Positions 62,701 through 64,000 of a DNA stretch of 64,000 bases are shown piece after piece (position 1 is the first letter of the stretch; each line of letters begins with the position of its first letter). The DNA is taken from the NCBI RefSeq assembly GCF_963921235.1, contig NC_086097.1:247444001-247508000 (forward strand), in the 5' to 3' direction. The position numbers were made by a program, and so were the translations under genes. The stretch comes from Mobula hypostoma (lineage: Eukaryota). Below the pieces are notes generated by a model. That model had not been told where the DNA came from and did no database searches. It saw nothing but the letters and a program-made list of their open reading frames with translations.

Positions 62701-64000
62701 TTTATTTCTGTTTTCCCCCTCCTCCGCTCTATCATTCCGGTTCCCATCCCCCTGCCAAATTAGTTTAAACCCTCCCTAACAGCTCTATTAAATCTTCCCG
62801 CCAGGATATTGGTCCCCTTCGGGTTCAGGTGTAACTTGTCCATTTTGAACAGGTCATACTTCCCCCAGTAGAAATCCCAATGATCCAAGAATCTGAAGCC
62901 CTGCCCCCTGCACCAGTCACTCAGCCACACATTCATCTGCCTGATCCTACTATTCTTGTCCTCGCTAGCACGTGGCACAAGTAGCAATCCTGAGATTACT
63001 ACCCTGGAGGTCCTGCTTCTCAGCTTCCTTTCTAACTCCCAGAAATCTCTCTTCAGGACCTCCTCCTTTGTCCTATCTTATGTCATTGGTACCAACATGT
63101 ACCAAGACAGCTGGCTGCTCGCCCTCTCCCTTCAGAATATTCTGGACCCGATCTGAGACATCCCGTACCCTGGCACCTGGGAGGCAGCACACCATGCAGG
63201 TATCTCTAACAGGCTCAAAGAATTTCCTGTCTGTTCCCCTGGCTATGGAATCCCCTGCATTCCTCTTCTCCCTCCTTCTCTCCTGCACAACAGCGTCAGG
63301 CTCAGTGCCAGAGACCCGGTCACAGTGGCCATCCCCTGTCAGGTCATCCCCCTCAACGGCATCTAGAACAAGATATTTGTTCCTGAGGGGGACAGCCACA
63401 GGTGTGCTCTCCACTATCTGGGCATCTCCCTTCCCTCTCTTGACAGTGACCCAGTTTTCTGACCCCTGTAGCCTACGGATGACAACCTCCCTGTAGCTCC
63501 TGTCTATCACCTCTTCACTTTCCCTGATAAGCAGTAGGTCATCAAGCTGCAGCTCCAGATCCCTAACACGGTCTCTGAGGAGCTGCATCTCGGTGCACCT
63601 GGCGCAGATGTGGCCATCAGGGAGGCTGGCGGTCTCCCAGGATTCCCACATCTGACACCCTGAACAAAGCACTAACCCTGCAGACATGCTACCTAATTCT
63701 ACAGGAATGAAACAAGGAAAAATAAGTCTACTCACCCACTTACCTCACCAAACACACAAACTTTTTAAACTGTTAGCTTGTACTGTTAGCTCTGTGAGCC
63801 TTGCTGTTCCCCTGTCTGTCCAGGTCGATTCGCCAAGGGGAAAAAGGAGAGTCGGTGTCTCGCTCTCGCCTCTTCCCGGTATACCGCCCAAGCCCATTGA
63901 GCCAAGCCCTACACTCTGCTGCCACTCACTCCGCTGCCCGCTCCGACCGCTGCCTGCTGGATAGGGTGGTCTCCTTCTTAAACTCTCTGCGCTGTCCTGT
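59735..64000 (-). pseudogene. Near full-length CR1 LINE: 5'UTR, ORF1 (zinc finger/leucine zipper + SGNH esterase), ORF2 (APE + RT), 3'UTR; frameshifted
   Basis: ORF1 CSGCQMWE..CARC, GDSI, VHVGTND, DKLHLN. ORF2 LYFNARSIRNK, GDFN, SDHN, YLDFQKAFDKVP, LYKALVRP. Split into several ORFs; the 5' end runs off the window. Confidence 0.96.

Overview
Repeat-dense, non-genic vertebrate DNA, most likely intronic or intergenic sequence from a cartilaginous fish, probably a ray. That assignment is an inference from HE1-type V-SINEs and the CR1/HER1, Rex1 and Penelope repertoire. No host protein-coding gene could be supported; the long ORFs I could assign are decayed retroelement ORFs or their antisense. 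The window holds two large CR1 LINEs (15.6-19.6 kb +, 59.7-64 kb -), many CR1 3' fragments, several Rex1-clade LINEs and deletion derivatives, and Penelope GIY-YIG fragments whose pseudo-LTRs carry minimal hammerhead-ribozyme motifs. It also holds RTE-derived non-autonomous elements, tRNA-SINEs, three solo LTRs, Tc1 and hAT MITEs, a 91-bp G-rich minisatellite and a 28-bp tandem repeat. Four observations stand out. (1) A chimeric insertion at 16.0-16.6 kb contains a near-perfect inverted copy of 247 bp of local flank from 4.65-4.90 kb, which suggests reverse-transcriptase template switching. (2) A ~480-bp composite unit ending in a Tc1-TIR hairpin occurs in four copies that share one end and vary at the other. 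(3) Minimal hammerhead motifs are dispersed through the window. (4) tRNA-SINEs share a head and RTE-like body but carry three different tails. Coordinates of degraded elements are approximate, and family names come from recalled consensus features, not from a database search.
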